A stretch of 64,000 nucleotides of DNA from a bacterium (GTDB taxonomy: Bacteria; Patescibacteriota; Patescibacteriia; UBA1558; UBA10009), in NCBI GenBank assembly GCA_018672055.1, contig JABHGM010000001.1:136884-200883 (forward strand). The letters run 5' to 3'. Made by a program: the position numbers and the translations under genes. Below are positions 52,371 to 61,125 of this stretch, one piece after another. The notes under the pieces were generated by a model. That model made no database searches. It worked only from the letters and a program-made list of their open reading frames with translations, and had not been told where the DNA came from. Positions within the stretch are counted from its first letter, which is position 1; every line of letters begins with the position of its first letter.

Positions 52371-52433
52371 GTTATTTAAAGTCTAGACGTTTTCCTCCTC
52401 TGTTTGAGGGGGAATGGCTTAGACTGTAATGAC
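52371..52433 (+). promoter_or_regulatory. Stable intergenic stem-loop after the major pilin
   Basis: AGTCTAG..TTCCTCCTC-TGTTT-GAGGGGGAA..TTAGACT; no poly-T tail. Confidence 0.6.
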
Positions 52434-52450
52434 AACTTATACAAAATTAA

Positions 52451-52864
52451 ATGTTTGAAAAACTATACAAACAGTTAATAATTCGGGCATTATTCTTTGC
52501 CCTATTTTTGTATTTGGTAATACCTTTTAATTTACAAGCTTCCCCTGCTGGTGATATTGCTACTCAAATATTAGAAGATACAGCTGTTGAAGCTAAATTA
52601 ATTAATTCAGCAGACAATGCTTTAAATATCTTTGAAATCTCTGGCTTTGTAATTAATATAGTTTTAGGATTTGTAGGTATAATATTTCTAGTCCTTATAA
52701 TTGCTGGTGGCTATATGTGGATGACTGCAGGAGGTAATGATGAAAAAGTAACTAAAGGTAAATCTCTTTTAACTCAATCAATTATAGCTTTAGCTGTTAT
52801 TCTAAGCGCTTTCCTATTAACCAACTTTGTTATAATAAGATTAATGACTAATCTATGGGGTTAA
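52451..52864 (+). CDS. VirB2/TrbC-like pilin 4
   Basis: GGYMWMTAGGNDEKVTKGK core. Confidence 0.8.
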   Translation: MFEKLYKQLIIRALFFALFLYLVIPFNLQASPAGDIATQILEDTAVEAKLINSADNALNIFEISGFVINIVLGFVGIIFLVLIIAGGYMWMTAGGNDEKVTKGKSLLTQSIIALAVILSAFLLTNFVIIRLMTNLWG

Positions 52865-53526
52865 TTAAAAAAAACTTATTTTTAATTCTAATACTATGTT
52901 TTTTAATTATTCCTTTTTATACTCAAGCTGAAGCTGCTTGTCCAAAAAGTCTTAGTATTCAAGAATGTGTTAAATGGGGTCTAGAACAAACTAGCGCTGA
53001 AGCAGGCTATACATTTAATGAAAATCTTGATTCTCAAAGTATTTCAGAAACTGTAGGTAATATTATTTCAAATATTTTAACCTTTTTAGGTGCTTTAGTC
53101 TTGATAATGATTATTACGGCTGGTTTTCAATGGTTAACTGCCCAAGGCGATGAAGAGAAGCTAAACACTGCTAAATCTAGACTGAAGAATGCATTAATTG
53201 GTTTATTAATAATTGTAGCTGCATTTGCTATTACTACATTTGTAACTAGTAATCTAAAAAATATTATTGATGATGCTACAATACCTGATAATCCTGCTAA
53301 TTATATATGCTCTAATTATGATTATGATGTCTGTATTGATAATGTTGACAGAGCTTGTGGTTATTGGATTCCTGATCAAGGATGCTATCCAAACCCTTTT
53401 GACTGTGATTTACGATATCCTTCAGATTGTGAAATACCTGATCCTGATACAGGCCATGATGTTTGTTTGGGTGAAGGCGGTAACTGTATAATAACGCCCC
53501 AAGGCGATAGTTGTTATTGTAATTAA
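52855..53526 (+). CDS. VirB2/TrbC-like pilin 5 with 10-Cys head
   Basis: AGFQWLTAQGDEEKLNTAK core; acidic Cys-rich tail. Confidence 0.8.
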   Translation: MGLIKKNLFLILILCFLIIPFYTQAEAACPKSLSIQECVKWGLEQTSAEAGYTFNENLDSQSISETVGNIISNILTFLGALVLIMIITAGFQWLTAQGDEEKLNTAKSRLKNALIGLLIIVAAFAITTFVTSNLKNIIDDATIPDNPANYICSNYDYDVCIDNVDRACGYWIPDQGCYPNPFDCDLRYPSDCEIPDPDTGHDVCLGEGGNCIITPQGDSCYCN

Positions 53527-53527
53527 T

Positions 53528-54073
53528 ATGAATAAAAAATATATAATTCTGTTTCTAACCTTAATAATCTTACTTATTCCTGTTTTAACATACTCCGCAA
53601 ATATTACAGATATAATAGAAGGGTTAGATAAAACAGCAGAAAAATCACTTTTAATAGATCCTAATGAAGAGGCTACTACAATATATGATATGATTGGACG
53701 TATTCTATTTTTTACTTTAAGCCTTCTTGGTATTATTTTCTTAGGTTTAATTATATTTGGTGGTATTGGTTGGTTAACAGCTGCTGGCAATGAAGAAAAG
53801 ATAACTAAAGCTAAAGGTTTGATGTCTAATGCTTTAATTGGTTTAATAATAATAATTGCTGCATATACTATAGCTAACTTTGTAATATTTACTTTAGCTG
53901 ATAAAATAACTGAGGGCAATGATTCATTATGTATAGAAGCTTCAGGAGAATGCCAAAACCATGCATTGGGTGCCACAGATTGCACAATTAATGGTTCTCC
54001 TGGTACTTATGCTTCTAATTATTGTGGAAGTCAATCAAATGATTCTCTTTATCGTTGCTGTATAGCTAACTAA
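53528..54073 (+). CDS. VirB2/TrbC-like pilin 6 with 6-Cys head
   Basis: GGIGWLTAAGNEEKITKAK core; tail C-x6-C-x9-C-x13-C-x10-CC. Confidence 0.8.
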   Translation: MNKKYIILFLTLIILLIPVLTYSANITDIIEGLDKTAEKSLLIDPNEEATTIYDMIGRILFFTLSLLGIIFLGLIIFGGIGWLTAAGNEEKITKAKGLMSNALIGLIIIIAAYTIANFVIFTLADKITEGNDSLCIEASGECQNHALGATDCTINGSPGTYASNYCGSQSNDSLYRCCIAN

Positions 54074-54079
54074 TAATTT

Positions 54080-54589
54080 ATGTTTTTAAATTTAAAAAAA
54101 TCTTTATTTATTCTAATAATAAGTTTTTTAATACTAAGTCCTTCTTTATTATTCGCTCAATCTCCAGAGGATCCTAGTAATCAACCTAATTATACTTATA
54201 AGCAAATTTGTAAATGGGGTGATAATTTAACTGATTGCTTAGAAGAAAATTATAATACTATTACTGGGACTGAGAATGATGATTTTGAAAAAGTAACTTC
54301 TGCAAGTTTATCTACAAAAATAGGAATTATCATTTCATACGTTTTAGCATTTTTAGGAGTTATTTTCTTAGTTTTAATTGTAATTTCTGGATTTCAATGG
54401 TTAACAGCTGGTGGGAATGAAGAAACTGTAACTACTTCTAGAAAAAGAATTATTAATGCTGTTGTTGGCCTCATTATTATTCTCTCTGCCTACGTTATTA
54501 CTGCTTTTGTTACTGATAGGATAGAAAGATCTATTGATAAAACAAATACTGTTAGTATTAATTTGCCTAGTGACTATTTATCTATTTAA
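54080..54589 (+). CDS. VirB2/TrbC-like pilin 7
   Basis: SGFQWLTAGGNEETVTTSRK core. Confidence 0.8.
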   Translation: MFLNLKKSLFILIISFLILSPSLLFAQSPEDPSNQPNYTYKQICKWGDNLTDCLEENYNTITGTENDDFEKVTSASLSTKIGIIISYVLAFLGVIFLVLIVISGFQWLTAGGNEETVTTSRKRIINAVVGLIIILSAYVITAFVTDRIERSIDKTNTVSINLPSDYLSI

Positions 54590-54604
54590 TATTTAATTAT
54601 TTAT

Positions 54605-54976
54605 ATGACTAAAAAAATTATAATTTCATTACTAATACTAATTATCTCTAGTTTTTTAATAATCCCCGCTCTAGCTCAAACAAATATAAATACCAATCTT
54701 GAAGCAGCTGGAGAAGGTGCTAAGTATAATATAGACGTTGATGATAATACTATACCTGAAATAATTGGTAAAGTAGTGGCTACTCTACTGGCTTTTGTCA
54801 CCTCAATTTTTATGATGATGGTTGTTTTCTCTGGCGTTCAATGGATGGTTGCTGGAGGTAATGAAGAAAAAATTACTAAAGCTCGTGGTAGATTAATAAG
54901 TAGTATTATTGGCGTAGGTATAACTGCTGCTGCTTATTTCATAACCTGGTTAATTACTGAAACTTTACTAAAATAA
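54605..54976 (+). CDS. VirB2/TrbC-like pilin 8
   Basis: SGVQWMVAGGNEEKITKAR core. Confidence 0.8.
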   Translation: MTKKIIISLLILIISSFLIIPALAQTNINTNLEAAGEGAKYNIDVDDNTIPEIIGKVVATLLAFVTSIFMMMVVFSGVQWMVAGGNEEKITKARGRLISSIIGVGITAAAYFITWLITETLLK

Positions 54977-54979
54977 AAT

Positions 54980-55648
54980 ATGAAATCATTTCTTTTAATA
55001 ATTGCTGTTTGTTTCTTAATCCTAGCACCCTTAACTGTGTCTAATGCTTTAAATTTAGGCCAAGAAACATATTTAGAAAGTTTAGCTGGTACAGCCGGCT
55101 ATCAAATTGATAGTGTTCAATCTAATACCTATCTTGATTCGACAATTGGTAAACTACTAGCAAGTATATTTACTTTAGTTGGTATTTCTTTCTTATCACT
55201 TATCATTGTTTCTGGATTTCAATGGATAAACGCTCATGGTAATGAAGAAAGCGCTAAAAAAGCTAAAGATCGAATAATCCATGCTACTATTGGATTAATT
55301 ATTATTGCTTCTTCCTATTTAATCTCCTTCTTCATATATAATTCAATAAATTCCTCAATTACTGGCGAGGTTAATAACTTTGTTCCAGAACCAGGCTTAG
55401 AATGTATAGATAATACAAATTGTATTGGGCATGAAAATGGACCTTACTGTAACTATAATCAAGCTACTGGTTATTGTGGTGGGTGTACAGATGACGATGA
55501 TTGTTCAAGCCCTACTCCTGAATGTGTACGTCCTCTTATTGGCCCTAGCTCATGTCATGAATGCGTAATAGATGCAGATTGTTCTGATAATTTTGGTCCC
55601 AGTTTTGTTTGTGGTAATTTCGAATGTATAGAAAATAATGATTTTTAA
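54980..55648 (+). CDS. VirB2/TrbC-like pilin 9 with 12-Cys head (three 4-Cys repeats)
   Basis: SGFQWINAHGNEESAKKAK core; CIDNTNC / CTDDDDC / CVIDADC repeats. Confidence 0.8.
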   Translation: MKSFLLIIAVCFLILAPLTVSNALNLGQETYLESLAGTAGYQIDSVQSNTYLDSTIGKLLASIFTLVGISFLSLIIVSGFQWINAHGNEESAKKAKDRIIHATIGLIIIASSYLISFFIYNSINSSITGEVNNFVPEPGLECIDNTNCIGHENGPYCNYNQATGYCGGCTDDDDCSSPTPECVRPLIGPSSCHECVIDADCSDNFGPSFVCGNFECIENNDF

Positions 55649-55653
55649 TTAAT

Positions 55654-56631
55654 ATGATAAAAAAATATAAAAAAATAATATTAAGCTCTCTAATCCTACT
55701 TTTTTTAATACTGGGAATAAATGTTTTAGCACAAGGTGGTTTTCAACAAGAGTTAATAAATAATATTGCTAGTACTACTGAAATTGTTGGTCAAGGACCA
55801 GGTTACAATACAAACGCTCAAGGTGAGGATTTTTTTGGAGGTATTTTAATTAAAATATTTGGTTATGGAATTAGTTTCTTAGGCGTTTTCTTCATGTTAC
55901 TTATTGTCTACTCTGGATTTCAATGGATGTTTTCTAGTGGTAATGAAGAAAAGGTTACTCAAGCTAAAACTAGAATTACTCAAGCAGTGACAGGTTTAGT
56001 TATTGTCTTAGGTGCTTTTATAATCTCCTATGCTATATTCTCATTCTTGACTACAGAATATTTAGAAACCCCTTCCTCTGGCATTCAAGCTCCTGATGGT
56101 TATCAAGAGCAAATAGCTTGTAGTAATTCTAATAGTGATACGCCTCCTGAATGCGCTGATAGAGGAACTAGAATATATTGTTCTAGCTCTGGTAATTGTG
56201 TTGAATGTTTAGACGACGCACGTTGTGCAGAAGCTCCATTTGAACCGCTCGGCTTAACATCTTGCGACCCAACTTGGAATGTTTGTACTTTCGATTTAGA
56301 TCATACATGTGCTGAAATTACCAACGCTGGCTTATGCATATCTAATGAAAGTTGTAATTGGGCACTGACACCGTCTAACCCAACATGGGAGACAGGTGTA
56401 TGTGTTAATTCAAATGAATATAATTGCACAACTGGACAATGCCCTCAAGATAGGCCATATTGCATAAATAATAATCAACCAGAAGGAGAATATAGCTGTC
56501 ATGAATGCAGCCCTGGTATAGATGCTTCATGTGGTCTTTTAAAAAACTGCACACAGCCATTTCTTGAAGGTGGTGAAGGTATCAATGAAGATGATTATCA
56601 TCTCTACATTTGTACAATTTTTGGTTTTTAA
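55654..56631 (+). CDS. VirB2/TrbC-like pilin 10 with 20-Cys head
   Basis: SGFQWMFSSGNEEKVTQAK core; about 170 aa Cys-rich tail. Confidence 0.8.
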   Translation: MIKKYKKIILSSLILLFLILGINVLAQGGFQQELINNIASTTEIVGQGPGYNTNAQGEDFFGGILIKIFGYGISFLGVFFMLLIVYSGFQWMFSSGNEEKVTQAKTRITQAVTGLVIVLGAFIISYAIFSFLTTEYLETPSSGIQAPDGYQEQIACSNSNSDTPPECADRGTRIYCSSSGNCVECLDDARCAEAPFEPLGLTSCDPTWNVCTFDLDHTCAEITNAGLCISNESCNWALTPSNPTWETGVCVNSNEYNCTTGQCPQDRPYCINNNQPEGEYSCHECSPGIDASCGLLKNCTQPFLEGGEGINEDDYHLYICTIFGF

Positions 56632-56643
56632 ATAATAAAACAT

Positions 56644-57051
56644 ATGAAAAAAACAATATTAAAAATTTCTAGCCTTTCCCTTATTATAGGATTAGGCTTT
56701 ACAAAAATAGCTTTGGCTATGCCAACGTTAAATCCTTTAGCCAGAATGAAACACACTGCTGATGTTATTGGTCTGTCCACTGTAAATGTTCATCCAGCTG
56801 AAGTAGCAGCTAATATTATTGCCATCATACTCGGATTAGTAGGTATTATATTTTTTGTGATGATACTTTTTTCTGGTTATGAGCTTATGACTTCTGGTGG
56901 TAACGAAGAAGTAGTGGGTAGAGCTAAAAAAAGATTACAATATGCAATTATTGGAATTGTAGTAATCTCTCTTTCATACATAATAACTATTTATGTTTCT
57001 GAATTAATAAACAGAGCTACATGTGAAGGTTATTATTGTATTAATGAATAA
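56644..57051 (+). CDS. VirB2/TrbC-like pilin 11
   Basis: SGYELMTSGGNEEVVGRAKK core; short CEGYYC tail. Confidence 0.8.
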   Translation: MKKTILKISSLSLIIGLGFTKIALAMPTLNPLARMKHTADVIGLSTVNVHPAEVAANIIAIILGLVGIIFFVMILFSGYELMTSGGNEEVVGRAKKRLQYAIIGIVVISLSYIITIYVSELINRATCEGYYCINE

Positions 57052-57061
57052 TATATTATTT

Positions 57062-57096
57062 AAAGACTGACTTCATAAATGAAGTCAGTCTTTTTT
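57062..57096 (+). terminator. Terminator of the pilin array
   Basis: AAAGACTGACTTCAT-AA-ATGAAGTCAGTCTTT followed by Ts. Confidence 0.85.
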
Positions 57097-57125
57097 ATTT
57101 ACTAAATACTTGTTAAACTAGTAAC

Positions 57126-59045
57126 ATGATTAATTATATTAAAGAAAAACAAATTAAAATATTAATAATATCTATTATTACCTATATTACTATTTTTTCT
57201 TTAATTTGCTACTGGAAGTACCTTAATTTTGGCTATAATGGCTTAGATTTGACGATATTTAACCAAGTTTTCTTTAATTCGGTACATGGTGACTTTTTTA
57301 GGTTTACTATCCATCCTGGGCTATATTTAGGCGATCACTTTACGCCTATTATTCTATTACTTCTGCCATTATATTACTTTTTTCAAAGCCCAATTACTCT
57401 GCTTATTCTACAAACTATTATCCTAGCTTTATCTGCTTGGCCAATATATTTAATTGCTAAAAAATATTTACCTTCTGCCTGGCCACTTTTTATTTCCTTA
57501 GCCTGGCTTTTTAATCCATTCGTACAAAATGTAAATCTTTTTGAATTTCATTTACTTCCTTTTGCAATATTTTTAATATTCTGGACGTTTTATTTTTATT
57601 TAAAAAATAACTTTAACTTATTTCTTCTATTCTCTCTTCTGAGCATGTTGGTTAGAGAAGATGTGGCTTTAGTAATTATTATGATGGCTGTACTGGCTCT
57701 TTTTGAAAAAAGAAAATGGTTTTGGTTTATTATTCCAGGGGTAATAAGTATTATCTATTTCTTAACCTCTATGTCTATAATCGGACATTTTACTCCTGAC
57801 GGACAATACAAATTTCTTTACTACTACAATTTTTTAGGTAACAGCTTTAAAGAAATAATTATAACTGCTTTAACTAAACCTTGGCTTATTATTAAACAAA
57901 TTGCATCATGGCATAACTTATTTTTTACTCTAACGCTTTTTATGCCCTTTGCTTATCTATTAAGACTTAAATATTTGATACCAGCTTTTTTAATCTACCT
58001 CCAACTAATCATTGGGAGTGCTAATGACTCAGTTTTGGTCCTTAGTATGCACTATGTTTCTTTATTACTGCCCCCAATATTTATTGCTTTTATTATGTTT
58101 TTGAATAGATTCCTATTAACTGATAACTATTTAAAATTAAAAAGCCTTCTTCAATTAAATAATTCATTATTTATATTAATTCTTTCAACAATTGTATTGT
58201 ATAGTTCTTTAACTATGGGCCCTCTGCCCTCTGTTGCTAAAAATTTAATAAGCCCCGGTTGGTCAGAAGAAAAACTATTAATTAAAAAAGAATTAGTTAA
58301 AAATATTTCACCTAGTGATAATTTAGGAGCTACTTATGAATTTCTATCACCCATGTCGTCAAGGCATAATCTCTATTCAATGCATTATGCGTTCTTAGGT
58401 AAATTACAATTTTCTAATACAGATTATGAGCTACCATTAGACGTTGATACATTGCTTATTGATTTTAATGATTTTATATACTATGAACTACAATACCCTG
58501 ACGAGCCAACTTGGCAATCATATTATCAAAAAGGTGATGATAGTATAAGGAAGTTAATTGAAGAACGTAGTTTTGGGATAACTAAAATTAATGACTTATA
58601 TGTTTTAATGAAAAAAGATGTAAATAATAATATTAAGTTATATGAAATAGTTGACGATACTAAGTTTGATGAAGTGGATTATAAAAAAATAGGTGAAAAT
58701 ATTTCATTCCTGGGTTATGAAAATAATTTAGATCATATTTCACTATATTTTAAATCAAATTCTAAACTTAATGAAGACTATCAAATAAGATTAATTGGTA
58801 AAAATAATAATGAAGAAGTTTTTAATAGATATTTACCACTAGCCTACGGCTTATACCCCACCAGAGAGTGGGGAAAAGATGAAATTATTAAAATTAATTA
58901 TTATTTGAATTTAAAAGATGTATCTTCTTTAGAATTAAATTTAGTTAATCTTCAAGGCTACTACACTTTAAATAACCTAGGAACCATGATAAATAAAATA
59001 ACCCAAGAAAATACCCTGGGTTATGTTAAAATCGATTTAGATTAA
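57126..59045 (+). CDS. DUF2079-like polytopic membrane protein (predicted GT-C glycosyltransferase)
   Basis: DLTIFNQ, LGDHFTPI, LLILQT, FEFH, LVRED motifs; C-terminal YPTREW extracellular domain. Confidence 0.78.
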   Translation: MINYIKEKQIKILIISIITYITIFSLICYWKYLNFGYNGLDLTIFNQVFFNSVHGDFFRFTIHPGLYLGDHFTPIILLLLPLYYFFQSPITLLILQTIILALSAWPIYLIAKKYLPSAWPLFISLAWLFNPFVQNVNLFEFHLLPFAIFLIFWTFYFYLKNNFNLFLLFSLLSMLVREDVALVIIMMAVLALFEKRKWFWFIIPGVISIIYFLTSMSIIGHFTPDGQYKFLYYYNFLGNSFKEIIITALTKPWLIIKQIASWHNLFFTLTLFMPFAYLLRLKYLIPAFLIYLQLIIGSANDSVLVLSMHYVSLLLPPIFIAFIMFLNRFLLTDNYLKLKSLLQLNNSLFILILSTIVLYSSLTMGPLPSVAKNLISPGWSEEKLLIKKELVKNISPSDNLGATYEFLSPMSSRHNLYSMHYAFLGKLQFSNTDYELPLDVDTLLIDFNDFIYYELQYPDEPTWQSYYQKGDDSIRKLIEERSFGITKINDLYVLMKKDVNNNIKLYEIVDDTKFDEVDYKKIGENISFLGYENNLDHISLYFKSNSKLNEDYQIRLIGKNNNEEVFNRYLPLAYGLYPTREWGKDEIIKINYYLNLKDVSSLELNLVNLQGYYTLNNLGTMINKITQENTLGYVKIDLD

Positions 59046-60022
59046 ATCTTATCCCTAAACTTCAACCACTTGCTCATAATCTTTGGTGCTAAATAGATAG
59101 CAATAAACGCTACTAATAATCCAGCTAGCAGATCTATTAAGTAATGCCATCTTAAATAAAGAGTAGAAAGCCAAACAGACGTTACTAATGGAATATGTAG
59201 ATAATATAAATACTTAAGGTATTTATTTTTTCTTAAATATTTCCAAGCAAAGTATAACCAAATAAAAGTTACTCCAAAGTGAAGACTTGGAAAACAATGC
59301 AAAGCCCTATTTTCAATCAAATATTCCATTACCATAGTATTGGGAGTATAGTATGGCTCGCCATTTAAAGTAATAAGTTCAGTTGTTAAAACCTCCTTTT
59401 GAGCTAGTAATGGACCATCACAAGGCACTAAAACATACCCTGCTAGTCCTAAAAAATTAGTTATTATGACAGTCAATAAAAGAGTTTCAAAAACTCTTTT
59501 ACTTTTAAAAATAGAATATATTATTGGGTTCACAAAATAAAACACAAAATATAAAGTGTAAGCAAAAGCAAACCAACTAGTTAGGCCTGGAGTAATTAAT
59601 TTTTCAAATAAAACTGCAATGTCGTTACCAAATAATAGTGCTCTATCAATGCTTATTAATACTTCATCATAATTATTTGAATTAAAAAATCTTGTTATAT
59701 CATGAATTGAATCGTATATGTATAAAAAAATAAAAAAAGGAATTATTTGAATAATAAAATCCTTAGTAGCAATTAAGGCCTCTTTAAATATTTCTAATAT
59801 CTTTATATCTTCTTTAAATCTAGTAAACAATATAAGAGTTAGTTTAATTAAAGAAAAGCCTAAAATTATATAAATAAATAAAATAATTCCACTAATCTCA
59901 TTAATCGAATTAATTGGCAAATTAAAAACTTTAAACGCTAAGAGAGTTAATGTTAAACAAATAAAACTAACCCAGAATACTGGGTTAAAAAAATTTAATA
60001 TAAACTGCTTGTATTTTTCCAT
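59042..60022 (-). CDS. PAP2/AUR1-like (inositol phosphorylceramide synthase family) membrane phosphotransferase
   Basis: PCDGP, HCFPSLH, STLYLRWHYLIDLLAG. Confidence 0.82.
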   Translation of the reverse strand: MEKYKQFILNFFNPVFWVSFICLTLTLLAFKVFNLPINSINEISGIILFIYIILGFSLIKLTLILFTRFKEDIKILEIFKEALIATKDFIIQIIPFFIFLYIYDSIHDITRFFNSNNYDEVLISIDRALLFGNDIAVLFEKLITPGLTSWFAFAYTLYFVFYFVNPIIYSIFKSKRVFETLLLTVIITNFLGLAGYVLVPCDGPLLAQKEVLTTELITLNGEPYYTPNTMVMEYLIENRALHCFPSLHFGVTFIWLYFAWKYLRKNKYLKYLYYLHIPLVTSVWLSTLYLRWHYLIDLLAGLLVAFIAIYLAPKIMSKWLKFRDKI

Positions 60023-60029
60023 TCTTAAG

Positions 60030-61055
60030 CTACTTACTAGCCATCCTATGTTTAAAATAATCTACCCAAGGTATAAGAGTGGGGTCTTGTTTATTAAGCT
60101 TAGTTAATTTAAAAGATAATAAAGCACCAAAAGTAAGCATGCTAAATACTTGCTCTTCTTTTGTTCCATTCAACTTAATATCAGAATATTTTATCTTATA
60201 TTTATTCAATACTTCTTTCATTACTTTATATCTCTTTTGATTTCTAGGTAAATACATGTCTGAGTTTACTAAAACAAAGTGTAATAACTTAGTATTTGCT
60301 TTAGGGAAGGTTAAGCCTTCTAACAAATGATGGTTTAATTCTGGAATATGGTAATAATATGCTAACTGTTTTGAAGATTCGTTTGTTTGATTAGTTATAA
60401 TATGTCCATTACCCTCTAAAAATTCTGAGGTAACATATATTATTATTTTGTCTTTTAATTTCTTAGCTAAATTATCTACTTCTTTAGTTTTTGTATATTT
60501 TTTATAACTCTTAACTAAATATTTAGCTAAATTATCTACTTCACTATCTGTTATTTTTAAAGCTCCTGATTTTTTTAATATTTGTAAAACAGCTCCGGTG
60601 GTATAGCTAGTTCCCATCCTTGGTTGACCGCTAGGATTATCTATTGGATCAAATAAATATATTGGTAGCTTATATTTCTTAGCTAAGCTGGCTAACTTGC
60701 CTCCCGTACATATGGCTAGAGCTTTAAGTCCTCTCTTCTTTGCTTCGTGTGCTCCGCTTATTACCTCTTCTGTACTGCCCGAATAACTTGATAAAATAAC
60801 TAATGTTTTTTTATCAACATACTTTGGTAATTTATAACCTCTAATTTGTGTAATAGGATATTTTAATCTATCAAAAAATAAAGCATTTATTAAATCTACA
60901 CCTAATTGAGAACCACCCATTCCAACAACTAATACCTTATTTATATCACTAAAATTCTTAGGTAACTTTAATAATTTTGCCTCATTATAGCTTGCTAATA
61001 ATTGTTTACCGCTAAGCTCAATTGACTCTAAATATGTCTCATCTGCTTTATTCAT
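60030..61055 (-). CDS. Bifunctional phosphoglucose/phosphomannose isomerase (SIS)
   Basis: GMGGS, SSYSGSTEE, TGGKL, QPR, NESSK, PELNHH. Confidence 0.88.
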   Translation of the reverse strand: MNKADETYLESIELSGKQLLASYNEAKLLKLPKNFSDINKVLVVGMGGSQLGVDLINALFFDRLKYPITQIRGYKLPKYVDKKTLVILSSYSGSTEEVISGAHEAKKRGLKALAICTGGKLASLAKKYKLPIYLFDPIDNPSGQPRMGTSYTTGAVLQILKKSGALKITDSEVDNLAKYLVKSYKKYTKTKEVDNLAKKLKDKIIIYVTSEFLEGNGHIITNQTNESSKQLAYYYHIPELNHHLLEGLTFPKANTKLLHFVLVNSDMYLPRNQKRYKVMKEVLNKYKIKYSDIKLNGTKEEQVFSMLTFGALLSFKLTKLNKQDPTLIPWVDYFKHRMASK

Positions 61056-61125
61056 AGTCTAAATTATATCATATTTTGACGAAATTACTAATTTAAGCTA
61101 AACTTTTAAAGTAAATAATATACAT

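Noticed and set aside
50662-57051. Pilin array as CRISPR array, integron or diversity-generating retroelement target
   Set aside because: Repeats are protein-coding and degenerate; no fixed-length spacers, attC sites, integrase, reverse transcriptase or template/variable repeat pair seen.
60463-60542. 20-nt direct repeat in pgi/pmi (EVDNLAK twice)
   Set aside because: Short in-frame duplication in a helical linker with no sign of separate function.
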